Position numbers and translations under genes: made by a program
The notes under the pieces: model-generated
Database searches by the model: none
The model's input: the letters and a program-made list of their open reading frames with translations, nothing else
What the model was told of the DNA's origin: nothing
IMG/VR virus record: IMGVR_UViG_3300032069_000007
Coordinates: 1-64,000 of that record
Source of the DNA: a virus
Length of the DNA stretch: 64,000 bases
Direction: 5' to 3' (one strand)
Shown here: one piece after another, positions 19,705 to 30,274 of the stretch
Layout of the letters: each line of letters begins with the position of its first letter
Numbering within the stretch: the first letter of the stretch is position 1

Positions 19705-20148
19705 ATGGCGATCACAGTTGAGGAGAAAAAGCCCCTGGGGACCGCCACGGGGCTTCCGAACGCCGATTCGGTCAGTGCCGGGAAGCTCGCGGGGCCTCTT
19801 GCGGCCCTGATCGAGGGCGCTCCCGCTATCAGCCAATCCGGAAACGACTACACGATCCAGCTCAAGGATGCGAAGGGCGTCAACATAGCCGGAAACTGGT
19901 TGGCCCGCATCTGGTGGTCTGACGTTGCCGCAGGTGCGGTGACTGCGGCGACGATCACGAACGCTGCCGTCTCCGGCGTGCGCCTGCGCGTCATCACCGG
20001 GACGGGCGACGCAAACTGCCGCGACATGGAGTGGGTCTCGACCTCCGGAGGCGTGGCCAAGTTCACGGCCACTGGTTCCGGAACCAACTGGCTGAACGTG
20101 GCCTGCCAGGGCAACGTGTACAGCGCGCAGTTCACCCTGGGGAGCTGA
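19705..20148 (+). CDS. Ig-like putative virion decoration protein
   Basis: QLKDAKG...WSD...T..G.AKFT...LNVA; homologous to N-terminus of next gene. Confidence 0.6.
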   Translation: MAITVEEKKPLGTATGLPNADSVSAGKLAGPLAALIEGAPAISQSGNDYTIQLKDAKGVNIAGNWLARIWWSDVAAGAVTAATITNAAVSGVRLRVITGTGDANCRDMEWVSTSGGVAKFTATGSGTNWLNVACQGNVYSAQFTLGS

Positions 20149-20150
20149 AG

Positions 20151-23100
20151 ATGTTTAAGGGTACACGTGCTCGCGGCGGCGGAGTAATCCCGACGGATGC
20201 GTCGGTCACTGTCGCAAAGCTGACCGCCGACGTGGTCGACGCGATCGTAGGCACGCCGGACCTCACCGTTTACGGCAACGAAGCGTCAACCCTCGAGGTC
20301 GTTTGCCAGCTCAAGGATGCGTCAGGCAACAATCTCACGCGCAAGACCGTCCTCCGCGCCTGGCTCTCGGACTCACCGGCCGCAGGTGTCACGACGGCCG
20401 CGGACTTCACCGCGTGCTGGGATCCCGCCGCGCTCGAAACGATTGTGGCCAACAAGGATTGGGACGTCCTCACAGACGCGAGCGGCAAGGCGACTGTGAC
20501 CGTTAGCAAGGTCGGGAACGCCGTTACCCTCTACCTCAACGTCGCGATCGAGGAGCAAATCACCTCTGTCGAGTTCACAGTTGGCTCGGCAGTCGAAAGC
20601 GTTGGGCAGTATGGTCTCTTCGAGATCGCCCCCACGGTTGAGACCGCTTCCGTCTATCCTTACTGGCCGTACGATACCTCCCCGAACGGCAACATCCCTG
20701 CCGGCGTCGGCGTCAGCATCGACGGCCTGTTCTCGAACGATAACTGGCAGACTTACGTCGTGCAGCCCGGGTTCTACTTCCAGGATTACACGCACGAGAC
20801 GAAGTACGACGGTGTCAATCCATACGACTGGATGTACCCCTCCGGCGAGCCCGGCTGGAGAATCAGGTTTACCCCGACCACGGTTGGGACCTGGAAGTAC
20901 AAGGTCAGGGTTAAGGACGCGGCTCACCCCGCCGGGGTGCTGAGCGACGAAAAGTCCTTCTACTGCCGGGCCAGCAGCAACCACGGCTTCATCAAGGTCA
21001 GCGCCAGCGACTGGCGCTATTTTGAGACCTCCGACGGCGCGTACGTCAATTTCATGGGCCTCTCTTATTGTCCGGGCACGCAGGATTTCAAGAAGGCACT
21101 TTTTGAGAAGTACGGTGCCAATCGAATAAACCTGGTTCGACCGTGGTGGGAGGGTTCTCAGGGCCCAGTCCTGTTCGGACTGAGCGGGCAGAATCTGGAC
21201 ATGGGCGAGTGGCAGGGCGATCCGAGCGACGATGTCAGCGTCGACTATGCCGAGGCCAGAAGCGGGGAGATATTCTCCGGCAAGATAGTCGCCAACGCGA
21301 CGGCCTTTATCAAGGCGCACGTAAAGCCGTCAACGACGTATAGATATGCGGCGTGGGTCAAGGCCGTGGGGGTCACTGGAACGGGAACGTATGGGGTCTA
21401 TCTCGAACCGGAGGCTACCCCCCTGGGAGATGCGGTTCATCCTACAGACTGGACGGAAATCTCGGGCAGCTTCACAACCGGCCCGACGACCTATCTGCTA
21501 AACTGGGTCAAGCTCATAATGGCCAACACGACTGCCGGCGCAATCCACTTCACAGATGTCTCGCTGAAGGAAGATCTCGGCGGCGGCACCTATGGCCCGG
21601 AGTTACTCAACGTGCCCAGCTTCAATAAGCAGACGTACATCTCCCAGAGGGAATCGTGGAAAGCAGACCAGGACGTAGAAGTCGCCAGGACGAACGGCGT
21701 TTACCTCAAGGTCGTGCTGCAGTGCAAACAGGATCGCATCTTCGGCAGCATTGCACCCAGCGGCGCAGGACAGGCGTTTGACCAGAGCGGCGTCACTGTC
21801 TATGCCAGCGACAGCCATGCAGGTCGCACGTACCAGCAGTATTACTGGCGCTATATCATCGCCCGGTACGGTTACGCCACAAATATCCACTCCTTCGAAT
21901 TCTGCAACGAGGGAGACGGATTCCTGGCGAGCTGTATTGCTGCGGTCGAGGCGTTTGCCTCCTACTTCCACAACAACGACCCGAACGACCACCTCTGCAC
22001 GACCAGCAACTGGGGCAGCGCTTTCCCCACGACGGAGATGTGGTCGGCTTTGGTAACACCGCACGTCGGGTATATGGATCGCCATCAGTACGTCGGCAAA
22101 GGCGCCGACCCGCCGCTTCAGTATGAGTACGGCTGGCACGACGACGGACATGGGGGGCTGGGAGACCTGCGGGACGCCGCGCAGTACAGGAGCTCGCCAT
22201 ACAGCCTCCACTTTGCAAAGTCGGAGGTTGACGGCAGCAACAGGACTATAAAAGCCTGGCCGATCCCGGTTACTCCTGGCCACGATTACACGCTCAGTTG
22301 GTGGCTAAAGGGTATAGATCTGACGCTATGCCCAGGCGTCAGTCAGGATTGGCAGTTCCCCAGCATCATAATTCACTGGGTCACCGGCTGGCAGTGCTGC
22401 TATACCGGCGATATGATACAGCCATCCGGGCCGAGCAAGCTGATCGGCACATTTGACTGGACTCACAGGACCATCCCCAACACGCAGCAGGGCGAGACGA
22501 CGTTCACCGCCCCGAGCGATGCCCACTACATAGAACTCATACTCAGCCTTGGCTATCTGCTCGGCGACGTCTGGTTCGACGATGTGACCTTGTTCGACGA
22601 GACGGACCAGGTGGCGGTCGAGATCCCAAACGGCAATTTCGATCAACCCAGCGGTACGCGGATGGAGTACGACACGGCACTCTGCCACTACTCTGTCGGA
22701 GGGGAACTCGGGTACGGAACCCGGAGGCAAGTCCACAAGCCGATGACGCGGGGAGAGTTCGCCATAACCGATGGGGTCGGCGATCACGACGAATTGGTTA
22801 ACGACAGTGAGGGAGTCTGGTTCAGGAAACTCGTCTGGGCGCACATCAACGCCTTCGGCGTGATCGATATGTACTGGTATCCGCAGAACCTGGATGCATA
22901 CAACCTCCACTACTACGTCAAGGCATATCAGGCGTTTATGGCCGGCATTCCGCTCTCCAATGGCCACTATGAGGACATCGCCGCCACCATCTCAGGCTCG
23001 GCAGCGCTCAGGGTCTTCGGACAGAAGGACCTTACGAACAACCAGCTCCACCTCTGGATTGACAACGCGAACGACACCTGGAAGAACGTCGTGGACAAGG

Positions 23101-23300
23101 TAGAGATCCCGCCGGCGTCCGGCCAAGTCCAGATCCCAGTGATCGACGACGGGTTTTACTACGCGGACGTGTACGACCCTGCTACGGGCGAAATCACAGG
23201 TCGCCTAGATGGCGTATACAACAATGGCCTGCTCACCCTCCAGGTGACCGACCTCATGACCGACATCGCCTACAGAATCTACTTAACGCCGAAAACCTAG
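20151..23300 (+). CDS. Ig-anchored glycoside hydrolase (clan GH-A/GH5-like, DUF5060-like domain, two CBM4/9-like inserts)
   Basis: WRIRFTP...GTWKY, GFIKVS..D.RYF, RYIIARYG....IHSFEFCNE, HLCTTS, D.HQY, KP..RGEF. Confidence 0.72.
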   Translation: MFKGTRARGGGVIPTDASVTVAKLTADVVDAIVGTPDLTVYGNEASTLEVVCQLKDASGNNLTRKTVLRAWLSDSPAAGVTTAADFTACWDPAALETIVANKDWDVLTDASGKATVTVSKVGNAVTLYLNVAIEEQITSVEFTVGSAVESVGQYGLFEIAPTVETASVYPYWPYDTSPNGNIPAGVGVSIDGLFSNDNWQTYVVQPGFYFQDYTHETKYDGVNPYDWMYPSGEPGWRIRFTPTTVGTWKYKVRVKDAAHPAGVLSDEKSFYCRASSNHGFIKVSASDWRYFETSDGAYVNFMGLSYCPGTQDFKKALFEKYGANRINLVRPWWEGSQGPVLFGLSGQNLDMGEWQGDPSDDVSVDYAEARSGEIFSGKIVANATAFIKAHVKPSTTYRYAAWVKAVGVTGTGTYGVYLEPEATPLGDAVHPTDWTEISGSFTTGPTTYLLNWVKLIMANTTAGAIHFTDVSLKEDLGGGTYGPELLNVPSFNKQTYISQRESWKADQDVEVARTNGVYLKVVLQCKQDRIFGSIAPSGAGQAFDQSGVTVYASDSHAGRTYQQYYWRYIIARYGYATNIHSFEFCNEGDGFLASCIAAVEAFASYFHNNDPNDHLCTTSNWGSAFPTTEMWSALVTPHVGYMDRHQYVGKGADPPLQYEYGWHDDGHGGLGDLRDAAQYRSSPYSLHFAKSEVDGSNRTIKAWPIPVTPGHDYTLSWWLKGIDLTLCPGVSQDWQFPSIIIHWVTGWQCCYTGDMIQPSGPSKLIGTFDWTHRTIPNTQQGETTFTAPSDAHYIELILSLGYLLGDVWFDDVTLFDETDQVAVEIPNGNFDQPSGTRMEYDTALCHYSVGGELGYGTRRQVHKPMTRGEFAITDGVGDHDELVNDSEGVWFRKLVWAHINAFGVIDMYWYPQNLDAYNLHYYVKAYQAFMAGIPLSNGHYEDIAATISGSAALRVFGQKDLTNNQLHLWIDNANDTWKNVVDKVEIPPASGQVQIPVIDDGFYYADVYDPATGEITGRLDGVYNNGLLTLQVTDLMTDIAYRIYLTPKT

Positions 23301-23326
23301 CATAGGGACTCGAGCGGCCGACCTCG

Positions 23327-23365
23327 TGACGCATCCTCAGTGCGTCATGACGCATCCTCTCTGCG
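23327..23365. repeat. TGACGCA direct/inverted repeat cluster
   Basis: TGACGCATCCTC at 23327 and 23348; perfect palindrome TGCGTCATGACGCA at 23341-23354. Confidence 0.7.
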
Positions 23366-23504
23366 TGCTTCTGGATCACGCAGTGGCCGCGTCCCTGATC
23401 CTCGCCTTGATCTCCTCGGCCTCAGCCTGTCCACAGCCGTTTCCACCGCCCAACAGGACGCTCCAGGTCGGCTCCTTCCAGGTCTATCTTCGGCCCCAAC
23501 TCCG

Positions 23505-23526
23505 TGCGGCACTTTAGCAGTGTAAG
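23505..23526 (+). promoter_or_regulatory. conserved motif copy 3, upstream of portal
   Basis: TGCGGCACTTTAGCAGTGTAAG. Confidence 0.7.
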
Positions 23527-23543
23527 GCGAAAGGGCGCACGGC

Positions 23544-25394
23544 ATGGGGCTCAGGCAACGACTCGCGGGCGCGTGGCACGCGCTCGTTGGGGGCGAACCA
23601 CAAATCACGCAGTTCATGACACCCGACGTCCAGCAGGCACTGGCGTCGCCTGAGCACGTCAGTCTCCTGTCGGCGGTATCTGAGATCGTGCCGACCCTCT
23701 TGCCGGATGTCGTCAAAGCCCTCCGCGGGCGCGATCCCCACTTCAAGCAGCTCACTGAGTTCGACTACGTCGGCCTCTACCAGGGAGTCCGCGAGCCATT
23801 CCAGATCACGACCCTGACCTTTGACCTCTTGCGCCAGGTCTCGGAGAAGTGCCCGCCAGTCGCGGCCGTCATCCTGACCCGCGCAAACCAGGTCGCCAGC
23901 TTTGCCCAGTTGCCGGACTCCAAGACCGATTCCGGCTTCAGGGTAGCGCTCCGGGAGCCCGAGGCAAAACCTTCCGCAGAGGACAAGCAGCGGATGCGCG
24001 CGCTCGAGGACGCCATCCTCGTGTGCGGCTTTACGCCAGGTGATGCATCCCGCGACGAGTATCCCGAATATACGAACTTCGAGCAGATGGTGCGAGCAGT
24101 CGTGCGAGACACGCTGACGCTCGACGCGATCTGCCTTGAAACGATCCCGGGCAGGAACGCGAAGGCGTATCCCGTCGTTCGCTGGTTTCCAGTCGATGCC
24201 GCAGAGATCCGGCTGACGAGGCCGGAGACGTACAGATCGACCCGCCAGCAGCAAGGCGATGCAGATCGGGTCATCCGGTATGTCCAGATGCGCGACGGCC
24301 GCCTCCTGTCCGAGTTTACGGCACAGGAGCTTTACTATTACAGGCGCAACCCATGCACCAACGTCCGGCGCGAGGGATACGGCACATCAGAGCTCGAGAT
24401 ACTGATCGGGGTCGTGACCGCGATCCTGTATGCGCTCGACTACAACCGCAGCTACTTCCATCGCGGCAGCGTCCCGCCCGGGATCCTCTCGCTAATCGGA
24501 AACTACTCAGACGAGCAGCTCCTGGAGTTCCGCCGACAGTGGCACGCGATGTGCCGGGGGGTCGGGAACTGGTGGAACGTGCCAGTCTTCGGCACGAGGG
24601 AGGGACAAGGCGCGGTCTGGACTCCGCTCAGAGCGACCTCGCGCGATATGGAGTACCACATGTGGCTCGCGTTCCTCATTACGATCACGTGTTCCGTATT
24701 CTCCATCCATCCGGAGGAGATCGGCATGCAGGCGTGGTCGCCCCAGAGCCGGGCGCCCCTTTCCGAACCATCGCCCGTTGCCCGGCTCCAGCAGAGTCAG
24801 GACAAGGGGCTGGTCCCCCTTCTCAAGAGCGTGCAGACGCTGATGAACGAGGCCATAGTGTGGCGGATCGAGCCCCGCTTCATCTTCAAATGGGTCAACA
24901 TCGACGACTTCGACGAGGAGCGAGACGTCCGACTCCGCCAACAGCGCCTCGCTGCAGGACTGAGCACAGTAAATGAAGAGCGCGCCGAAATGGACCTCGA
25001 GCCGTTCCCCAAGGACAAGTTCTACGGCGACGTGCCGCTGAACCCGATCTCCTTCCAGCTCTTCCAGATGTCGCCAGAGGCGCAAGAGGTGCAAGCACGC
25101 GCCCAGCAAATGATGGGCGGACCGCAGATGCCCCAGCAGGGCCAGGAAGAGGAAGAAGAGCAGCCCGGTGCCGACGAGATGCACGCCATCCTGGGCGGTG
25201 GGAAGGAACTGGCGCCGCCGGCCCCTCAGCAGGGCCAGAAGGTGCCCGGGGGCGGAGTGCCGCCGGGTGCTGGTTTGCGAGGAAAACAGATGCCGATCCA
25301 GCGGAGCCTGGCCGGGCCCAAGCGCAGGCTGTACAAAGCAGACCGTGACTATCGGATTTTCGAGGTAGTCGTTGATGACGAGGAGGAAAATTAG
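23544..25394 (+). CDS. phage portal protein
   Basis: VRDTLTLD, PVDAAEIR, GYG.SELE, YN..YF.RG..P.GIL, DMEY, TVNEERAEM.LEP. Confidence 0.9.
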   Translation: MGLRQRLAGAWHALVGGEPQITQFMTPDVQQALASPEHVSLLSAVSEIVPTLLPDVVKALRGRDPHFKQLTEFDYVGLYQGVREPFQITTLTFDLLRQVSEKCPPVAAVILTRANQVASFAQLPDSKTDSGFRVALREPEAKPSAEDKQRMRALEDAILVCGFTPGDASRDEYPEYTNFEQMVRAVVRDTLTLDAICLETIPGRNAKAYPVVRWFPVDAAEIRLTRPETYRSTRQQQGDADRVIRYVQMRDGRLLSEFTAQELYYYRRNPCTNVRREGYGTSELEILIGVVTAILYALDYNRSYFHRGSVPPGILSLIGNYSDEQLLEFRRQWHAMCRGVGNWWNVPVFGTREGQGAVWTPLRATSRDMEYHMWLAFLITITCSVFSIHPEEIGMQAWSPQSRAPLSEPSPVARLQQSQDKGLVPLLKSVQTLMNEAIVWRIEPRFIFKWVNIDDFDEERDVRLRQQRLAAGLSTVNEERAEMDLEPFPKDKFYGDVPLNPISFQLFQMSPEAQEVQARAQQMMGGPQMPQQGQEEEEEQPGADEMHAILGGGKELAPPAPQQGQKVPGGGVPPGAGLRGKQMPIQRSLAGPKRRLYKADRDYRIFEVVVDDEEEN

Positions 25395-26387
25395 ATGGCT
25401 GTAGAAGCCCAAGTGAAGTTAATCACGGATCGGGTAGCAGCGGGCCGGCAACTCGCCCGATCAAACTACGTTGATGGGCCGGGCGGCGACTTCTGGGCGT
25501 TGGTGGACGCCGCGCAGGATGAGACGTTCGAGAACCGCGTGAAGGGCACTAGCCTGACCGCCCTCGACTCGCGCCTGGCGCAGGGCACGGACTGGTCAAC
25601 GTCCGAACTCAGAACGATATTCGAGAACATGCGGGCCTACTTCCGGGACGACCTCGGGATAGCGCCGATCAGCAACAGCCATTTCGCAGGCTGGCTCAGG
25701 ACCTACCTCCCTGCGCAGAGCGTTCCGGGCGGCCACTGGCGCGTCCCCTGGGACTGTGCAGAGGCGCTCGTGGAGGCGCTTGGAGCATCCGACAAGTTGC
25801 CCGCATATTGCGTGTTCCCAAAGGGGACCCGGATCGACACAGGCAACCCGGCCAACGCTAAAATGCACCAGTTCGGCAGCCTTGACGCAAGCGGCGTGTG
25901 GACGGTCGTGGACGGCGCACTCGACAGCACGAAGATTGTCGGCGCGGGCGTCTGGGTTATCGCACTGGACGCCAACGACCTCCAGGCGATCTGGCGCTGT
26001 GTCTGCCAGAACGGGATAGACTACAAGGATATCGAGATCAGTTGGGCGATCACTCAGCAGTGGTCAAGGCGGCTCGCGGGCGCGCAGGCGCTCGCAGCCA
26101 ATGCGACCGTTGGGGCCACGACCATCCAGGTTGCCTCGACTGCCAACTTCACCGTCGCCGACTACATACTGCTCTACAAGTCCGACGCGGTGCAGGAGGT
26201 CGTCCAGGTGAAGGCCCTGCTGACCGGTCCCGTGCGCCTTGAGTTGGAAACGCCCATCGTGAACGCCTACGCCATAACCGTGGACCAGGCGATCCCGCTG
26301 TTTACCAACGTGAGCTTGCAGACAAGAGAGCTGGGCACCGGGGCTGCGGGCCTATATGCCTACCCGGACAGAATCATCGCACTATAA
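25395..26387 (+). CDS. putative virion structural protein
   Basis: Follows portal; C-terminal GATTIQVAST..F..D...E.V.V beta domain; similar to 62745..63593. Confidence 0.6.
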   Translation: MAVEAQVKLITDRVAAGRQLARSNYVDGPGGDFWALVDAAQDETFENRVKGTSLTALDSRLAQGTDWSTSELRTIFENMRAYFRDDLGIAPISNSHFAGWLRTYLPAQSVPGGHWRVPWDCAEALVEALGASDKLPAYCVFPKGTRIDTGNPANAKMHQFGSLDASGVWTVVDGALDSTKIVGAGVWVIALDANDLQAIWRCVCQNGIDYKDIEISWAITQQWSRRLAGAQALAANATVGATTIQVASTANFTVADYILLYKSDAVQEVVQVKALLTGPVRLELETPIVNAYAITVDQAIPLFTNVSLQTRELGTGAAGLYAYPDRIIAL

Positions 26388-26391
26388 CGGC

Positions 26392-27081
26392 ATGAGTAGG
26401 GGCGTTCTGATACGGCTGAAGGTTCCGCGCGACCAGGATCCGGAGAGCGCGCTCGCCGAGCTCGCGAAGGCCCTCGGGATGCACCACCCGGCCCGCCAGG
26501 CCGAGCGGGAGTGGGCCGAGCACGAGTTTCGGCTCGAAGCGGACACGTTCAGGCGGCAATTGGCCGATGACCTGACTCGGTACAGAGTTGGCGGCTTCGA
26601 GAAAGGTAGAAGCCAGGCCGAGTGGTGGATGAAGCGGCACATCCGGCAGTCGTACCTCCACGGGTTTGTCGAGGGCAAGATCGCCGCTGGCGGCTACGAG
26701 AGGATTGCCCTCAATCCTGAAGAGGAAAAGTGGCTCAAGAAACTGCGCTACGACGAGTACCGCTACCTGCGCAGGTTCCTGGACGACATCGACGCCCGGC
26801 GCGGCGTGATGGACTATCGGCGCCGCATGAAGATGTACGGCGATGCGATCTCCGGCCCCTACTGGGCGGGTTGGGCGCTCGCCAATAAGAGTACGCGCAG
26901 AATCATCAGGTGGGTATACGCGGAGGAGGCCGAGCACTGTGATACCTGCCTCGAATTGAACGGCCGGGAGTGGACAGCACCGGCGTTTGTGAAGTGGGTC
27001 ATGGAAACCGGGATCCTGCCAGGGCAGAACACGCAGTGCTTGTCGAACTGCAAGTGTCACCTGGAGGAGCGTTTTGTCTGA
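26392..27081 (+). CDS. head morphogenesis protein (MuF/SPP1 gp7-like)
   Basis: RW......EHCDTC..LNG and CLSNCKCHL motifs; near portal. Confidence 0.65.
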   Translation: MSRGVLIRLKVPRDQDPESALAELAKALGMHHPARQAEREWAEHEFRLEADTFRRQLADDLTRYRVGGFEKGRSQAEWWMKRHIRQSYLHGFVEGKIAAGGYERIALNPEEEKWLKKLRYDEYRYLRRFLDDIDARRGVMDYRRRMKMYGDAISGPYWAGWALANKSTRRIIRWVYAEEAEHCDTCLELNGREWTAPAFVKWVMETGILPGQNTQCLSNCKCHLEERFV

Positions 27082-27116
27082 CTGAATCTACTATTTGAAT
27101 CGGAGGTTTATCGAAG

Positions 27117-28880
27117 ATGAGATGGCTTGGAAATATGCTTTTGACCAGAGCGTTCAAGAACGACCATAAGGCCCTTATCATCCGCCCTGAGAAGGGGGAG
27201 CGGGTCGACACCCTCTTGGAGTTGCAGGACCAGCAAGGCGTGGCCAAGTTCGCGGTCGACTCCAACGGCTCAGTCCGCACGGACTTCAACGCGGAGGTGG
27301 AGCGGGCACCGGCACGCAGACTGAGGATTGAGACCTATCGAAACGTTGATGTCAATGGTGAGAGTATAGACCTGTGCCATGTCAGCAACGGAGTACTAGG
27401 TTTCGAGTTCCAGTATGGATATGCCTCGCCCTGGGCTAACTGCCACAACTACGTGACCATCTACGGTATTCGCGTAATGGGTTGTGGCGCCGATTATCTG
27501 TACTCTGATGGAGTTCAGGCAGGGGGGCCGTTCGCTGGGAGCATTTACGGTTCTGGGTTCTGGACTGCCATGACAGGATTGAAGTTCTTCAATTCTGCCG
27601 GTACTGAGATAGACCCTGATGGTCTCGATCCTACCGATACGAGTTTCTCGGTCGAGTTTACTCGTTGGATAGGGGCAAGTGTCGGGGCCACGACCAACGG
27701 CCCACAGTTTACCCTGACGGCCAACAAGACCCCGATGATTTACCTGGCCGACAAGGATGCCGCAGAGATATATCGCAATGACAAGAACACCTATGGAGAG
27801 GCATTGGTACTAGCTAGTGCTGGGGTAAACAGAGGGTTGATCGGCAAAGTGATTGATGTGGGCGAGGTTCGGTCACACGATGTAGCGCAAAACGAGAAGT
27901 ACAGGATTTACTTTTGGGTTCAGACTGTGACTGGTACGGGGGGCACCCTCACTGTTCGTATACATCCAGCCGCTAGGCTAAATACTGTGGGAGGATACCA
28001 CTTTGCAAACTACGCTTCCCTCAATTTCACCGCGGGGGGTGGAGGAGCATGGGCAGCAGGCGCATGGAATTATGTCGAGGTGTCCGCAGAGCATTTTCGT
28101 CCTGGCACGAACATGGTTGTTTTCGATGGTGGCGGTATGACCACACAGAACAATCTGACGATTGGGGTAGATACAACCGTCGTCACGAGTATGCGCAACA
28201 AGGCTTACCAACTCTACAACGCAGCCGGAGCCTACTGGAAGATGATTACCCACAAATACACCTTCTATCGTGACATGGATAAGATAGACATGGCCCCCAG
28301 TATCCACGGTTCGGATGCACAGAACGGTTATGCAGGCGTGGGGAAGTGTTGTCCTACCTACAACTTCGGTATGCTCCACAACTTCTACCGGTGGCCGACG
28401 CACGAAAACTTCGGCGAGAGACTCCGGCAAACTGGCTACAAATGGTACTCCCCGAACCGAGTTACTTACAACGGGGTTGACATCATTCCTGGCACGACTA
28501 TTCCTTGGACGGATACGGGAGGTGGATGGTTAGCAGGTGGCAATACTGTCCTGCGGATGGAGCCTCCAGCGTATGACCCATACGATGCCGCAGGAATCAA
28601 GTTCTGGAGAAGTGATGACCTCCGCAAGTCCGGGGTGATAACCGTCACTAAGGGCGCATCTACTGAAGACCTGAGCGTCGTCTTGGAGAAGTTTGTTGAT
28701 AGACCCTATTGGTGGGGTGTAGGTGATGTTCCTGCCGATGCTGCACAGTTCAATGACATTGTGTTGTACTTGGGACGTGTCTCAGGAGGGGTCTACGCTC
28801 GAAAGAATGACTATTTGAACACCGATGTCTTGCCGGTAGTGACACTTGACCTAAGCTCGATGGTGCGCTATTTCAAATGA
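27117..28880 (+). CDS. putative virion surface/adhesion protein with AT-richer C-terminal region
   Basis: Beta-rich Gly/Tyr/Trp/Asn composition; codon style changes after ~27330. Confidence 0.55.
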   Translation: MRWLGNMLLTRAFKNDHKALIIRPEKGERVDTLLELQDQQGVAKFAVDSNGSVRTDFNAEVERAPARRLRIETYRNVDVNGESIDLCHVSNGVLGFEFQYGYASPWANCHNYVTIYGIRVMGCGADYLYSDGVQAGGPFAGSIYGSGFWTAMTGLKFFNSAGTEIDPDGLDPTDTSFSVEFTRWIGASVGATTNGPQFTLTANKTPMIYLADKDAAEIYRNDKNTYGEALVLASAGVNRGLIGKVIDVGEVRSHDVAQNEKYRIYFWVQTVTGTGGTLTVRIHPAARLNTVGGYHFANYASLNFTAGGGGAWAAGAWNYVEVSAEHFRPGTNMVVFDGGGMTTQNNLTIGVDTTVVTSMRNKAYQLYNAAGAYWKMITHKYTFYRDMDKIDMAPSIHGSDAQNGYAGVGKCCPTYNFGMLHNFYRWPTHENFGERLRQTGYKWYSPNRVTYNGVDIIPGTTIPWTDTGGGWLAGGNTVLRMEPPAYDPYDAAGIKFWRSDDLRKSGVITVTKGASTEDLSVVLEKFVDRPYWWGVGDVPADAAQFNDIVLYLGRVSGGVYARKNDYLNTDVLPVVTLDLSSMVRYFK

Positions 28881-29028
28881 GGGTTGCGCCAAGGACGCGC
28901 AGATCTAAGTGGGCGCGCTGCTCACGATAACTTTGACGGGATCAACGGCGATTGGGCGCATCGTGGAGTCGCCGGTGACTTGGCTTGACCTCTACTACGA
29001 GGAGAAATAACCGAACCCGGAGGCATAT

Positions 29029-30264
29029 ATGGAAGCACAAACAACGTTCGCCGAGCGCTGGGCCGTAGCGAAGGGCATCAAGTCCGACCTTGCCGACGCG
29101 CTTGAAGATGAGGAAGAGGCCGTCGCGGATTACGACGAGCAACTCGAGGAGGCCGGCGAAGGCAAACTCAGGGAAGACCTGACGGAGATCCGCGATGACG
29201 AGAAGGACCATGCGCGGCGACTCCGGCGCCATCTCAAGCGGCACGTCGCGGGCAAGAGTTTTGCCGACCGCTGGGCCCTCGAAAAGTCCAACCCGAGCCT
29301 CATCCGCCGCACGCCAGGGCATCCTGCCCACCAGGCGTTGCTGGACGTTGGGGCGCGCTACCACGGCACGATTCGCGACCCGAGAAACGGGGCAGAGCAT
29401 CACGTTTACTCAGTGCCGCAGAAGATGAACTTCCAAGGCACGGCTATTTCGGCCAACACTGCCGCGGGGTGGCACCGCCTATCAGGGAACTGGGCACCCA
29501 TGGCTACGCCCTCCCGCCACACGCACCGCTGGTCGTCATTTGAAAACCCGGAGAGAACAGCCCGACACGTGCTCCACGGGTTCACAAACCCAGAGCATGC
29601 CGAGGCCGCACTCAAGGCGACTCATCGGTTGACGCAAAAGTGGCAGAAACCTGCGGCTCTGGGATCGCCCAAGAAGTCCTTCGCCGAGCGGTGGGAAGTG
29701 GAAAAATCCCACGTCAAAGGCCATTACCGCCAACGCGGCTCCAAGCGCTCTTGGGTCAAGCCGCACGAGCGGAAGGACACTCCGGGTGCCCCGCGGCAGG
29801 AACCAGCGGCGGGTATCCAAACCCCGTACCGCACGCGACAGGAAGTGGAGCGCGAGACGTCGGAACTCTTCCGGGATGCTGACGTGATCTCGACCTACAC
29901 CCGCAAGGACGCCCTGGCAGACGGCACGCTCGTTGACCTGACAAAGTGGGCCTCATCCGGGCCGGAAGGTATGATGGGCGGCTTCAAGGTTCCGGTCGCG
30001 GTAACGTCCGCTGTCTGGGGCGAGATCAACGACATCCCGAAGTCGAAGCAGGGAATTCAGGACGTTCGGGGTCGCGCGCACGATGTGCTCACGATGGCAG
30101 TGCTTGCGGCAAGGAGTGCGAAGCCGGGTAACAGCGAAGTCCTGTTCCGCGTCATCATGGACATCTCCGCAACCCGGGGCCGATACCAGACCTACAAGTT
30201 GAACATTGGGCCAGGGGATGTGGGCGAGCCCGTTGTGACCATTATGAGGCCCGAAGAGGACTAG
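29029..30264 (+). CDS. multidomain protein: ferritin-like helical hairpin + unknown + DUF6573-like domain
   Basis: E.EAV.DY...I.DDEKDH; YTR.DALADG.LVD...PVAVT.AVW...GPGD.GEPV.TIM.PEED; KSFAERW linkers. Confidence 0.65.
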   Translation: MEAQTTFAERWAVAKGIKSDLADALEDEEEAVADYDEQLEEAGEGKLREDLTEIRDDEKDHARRLRRHLKRHVAGKSFADRWALEKSNPSLIRRTPGHPAHQALLDVGARYHGTIRDPRNGAEHHVYSVPQKMNFQGTAISANTAAGWHRLSGNWAPMATPSRHTHRWSSFENPERTARHVLHGFTNPEHAEAALKATHRLTQKWQKPAALGSPKKSFAERWEVEKSHVKGHYRQRGSKRSWVKPHERKDTPGAPRQEPAAGIQTPYRTRQEVERETSELFRDADVISTYTRKDALADGTLVDLTKWASSGPEGMMGGFKVPVAVTSAVWGEINDIPKSKQGIQDVRGRAHDVLTMAVLAARSAKPGNSEVLFRVIMDISATRGRYQTYKLNIGPGDVGEPVVTIMRPEED

Positions 30265-30274
30265 GAGGGCCAGG

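Noticed and set aside
23326-23517. 63-aa ORF resembling a signal peptide or lipoprotein
   Set aside because: Built from the DNA repeat and the promoter motif; no RBS; more likely non-coding
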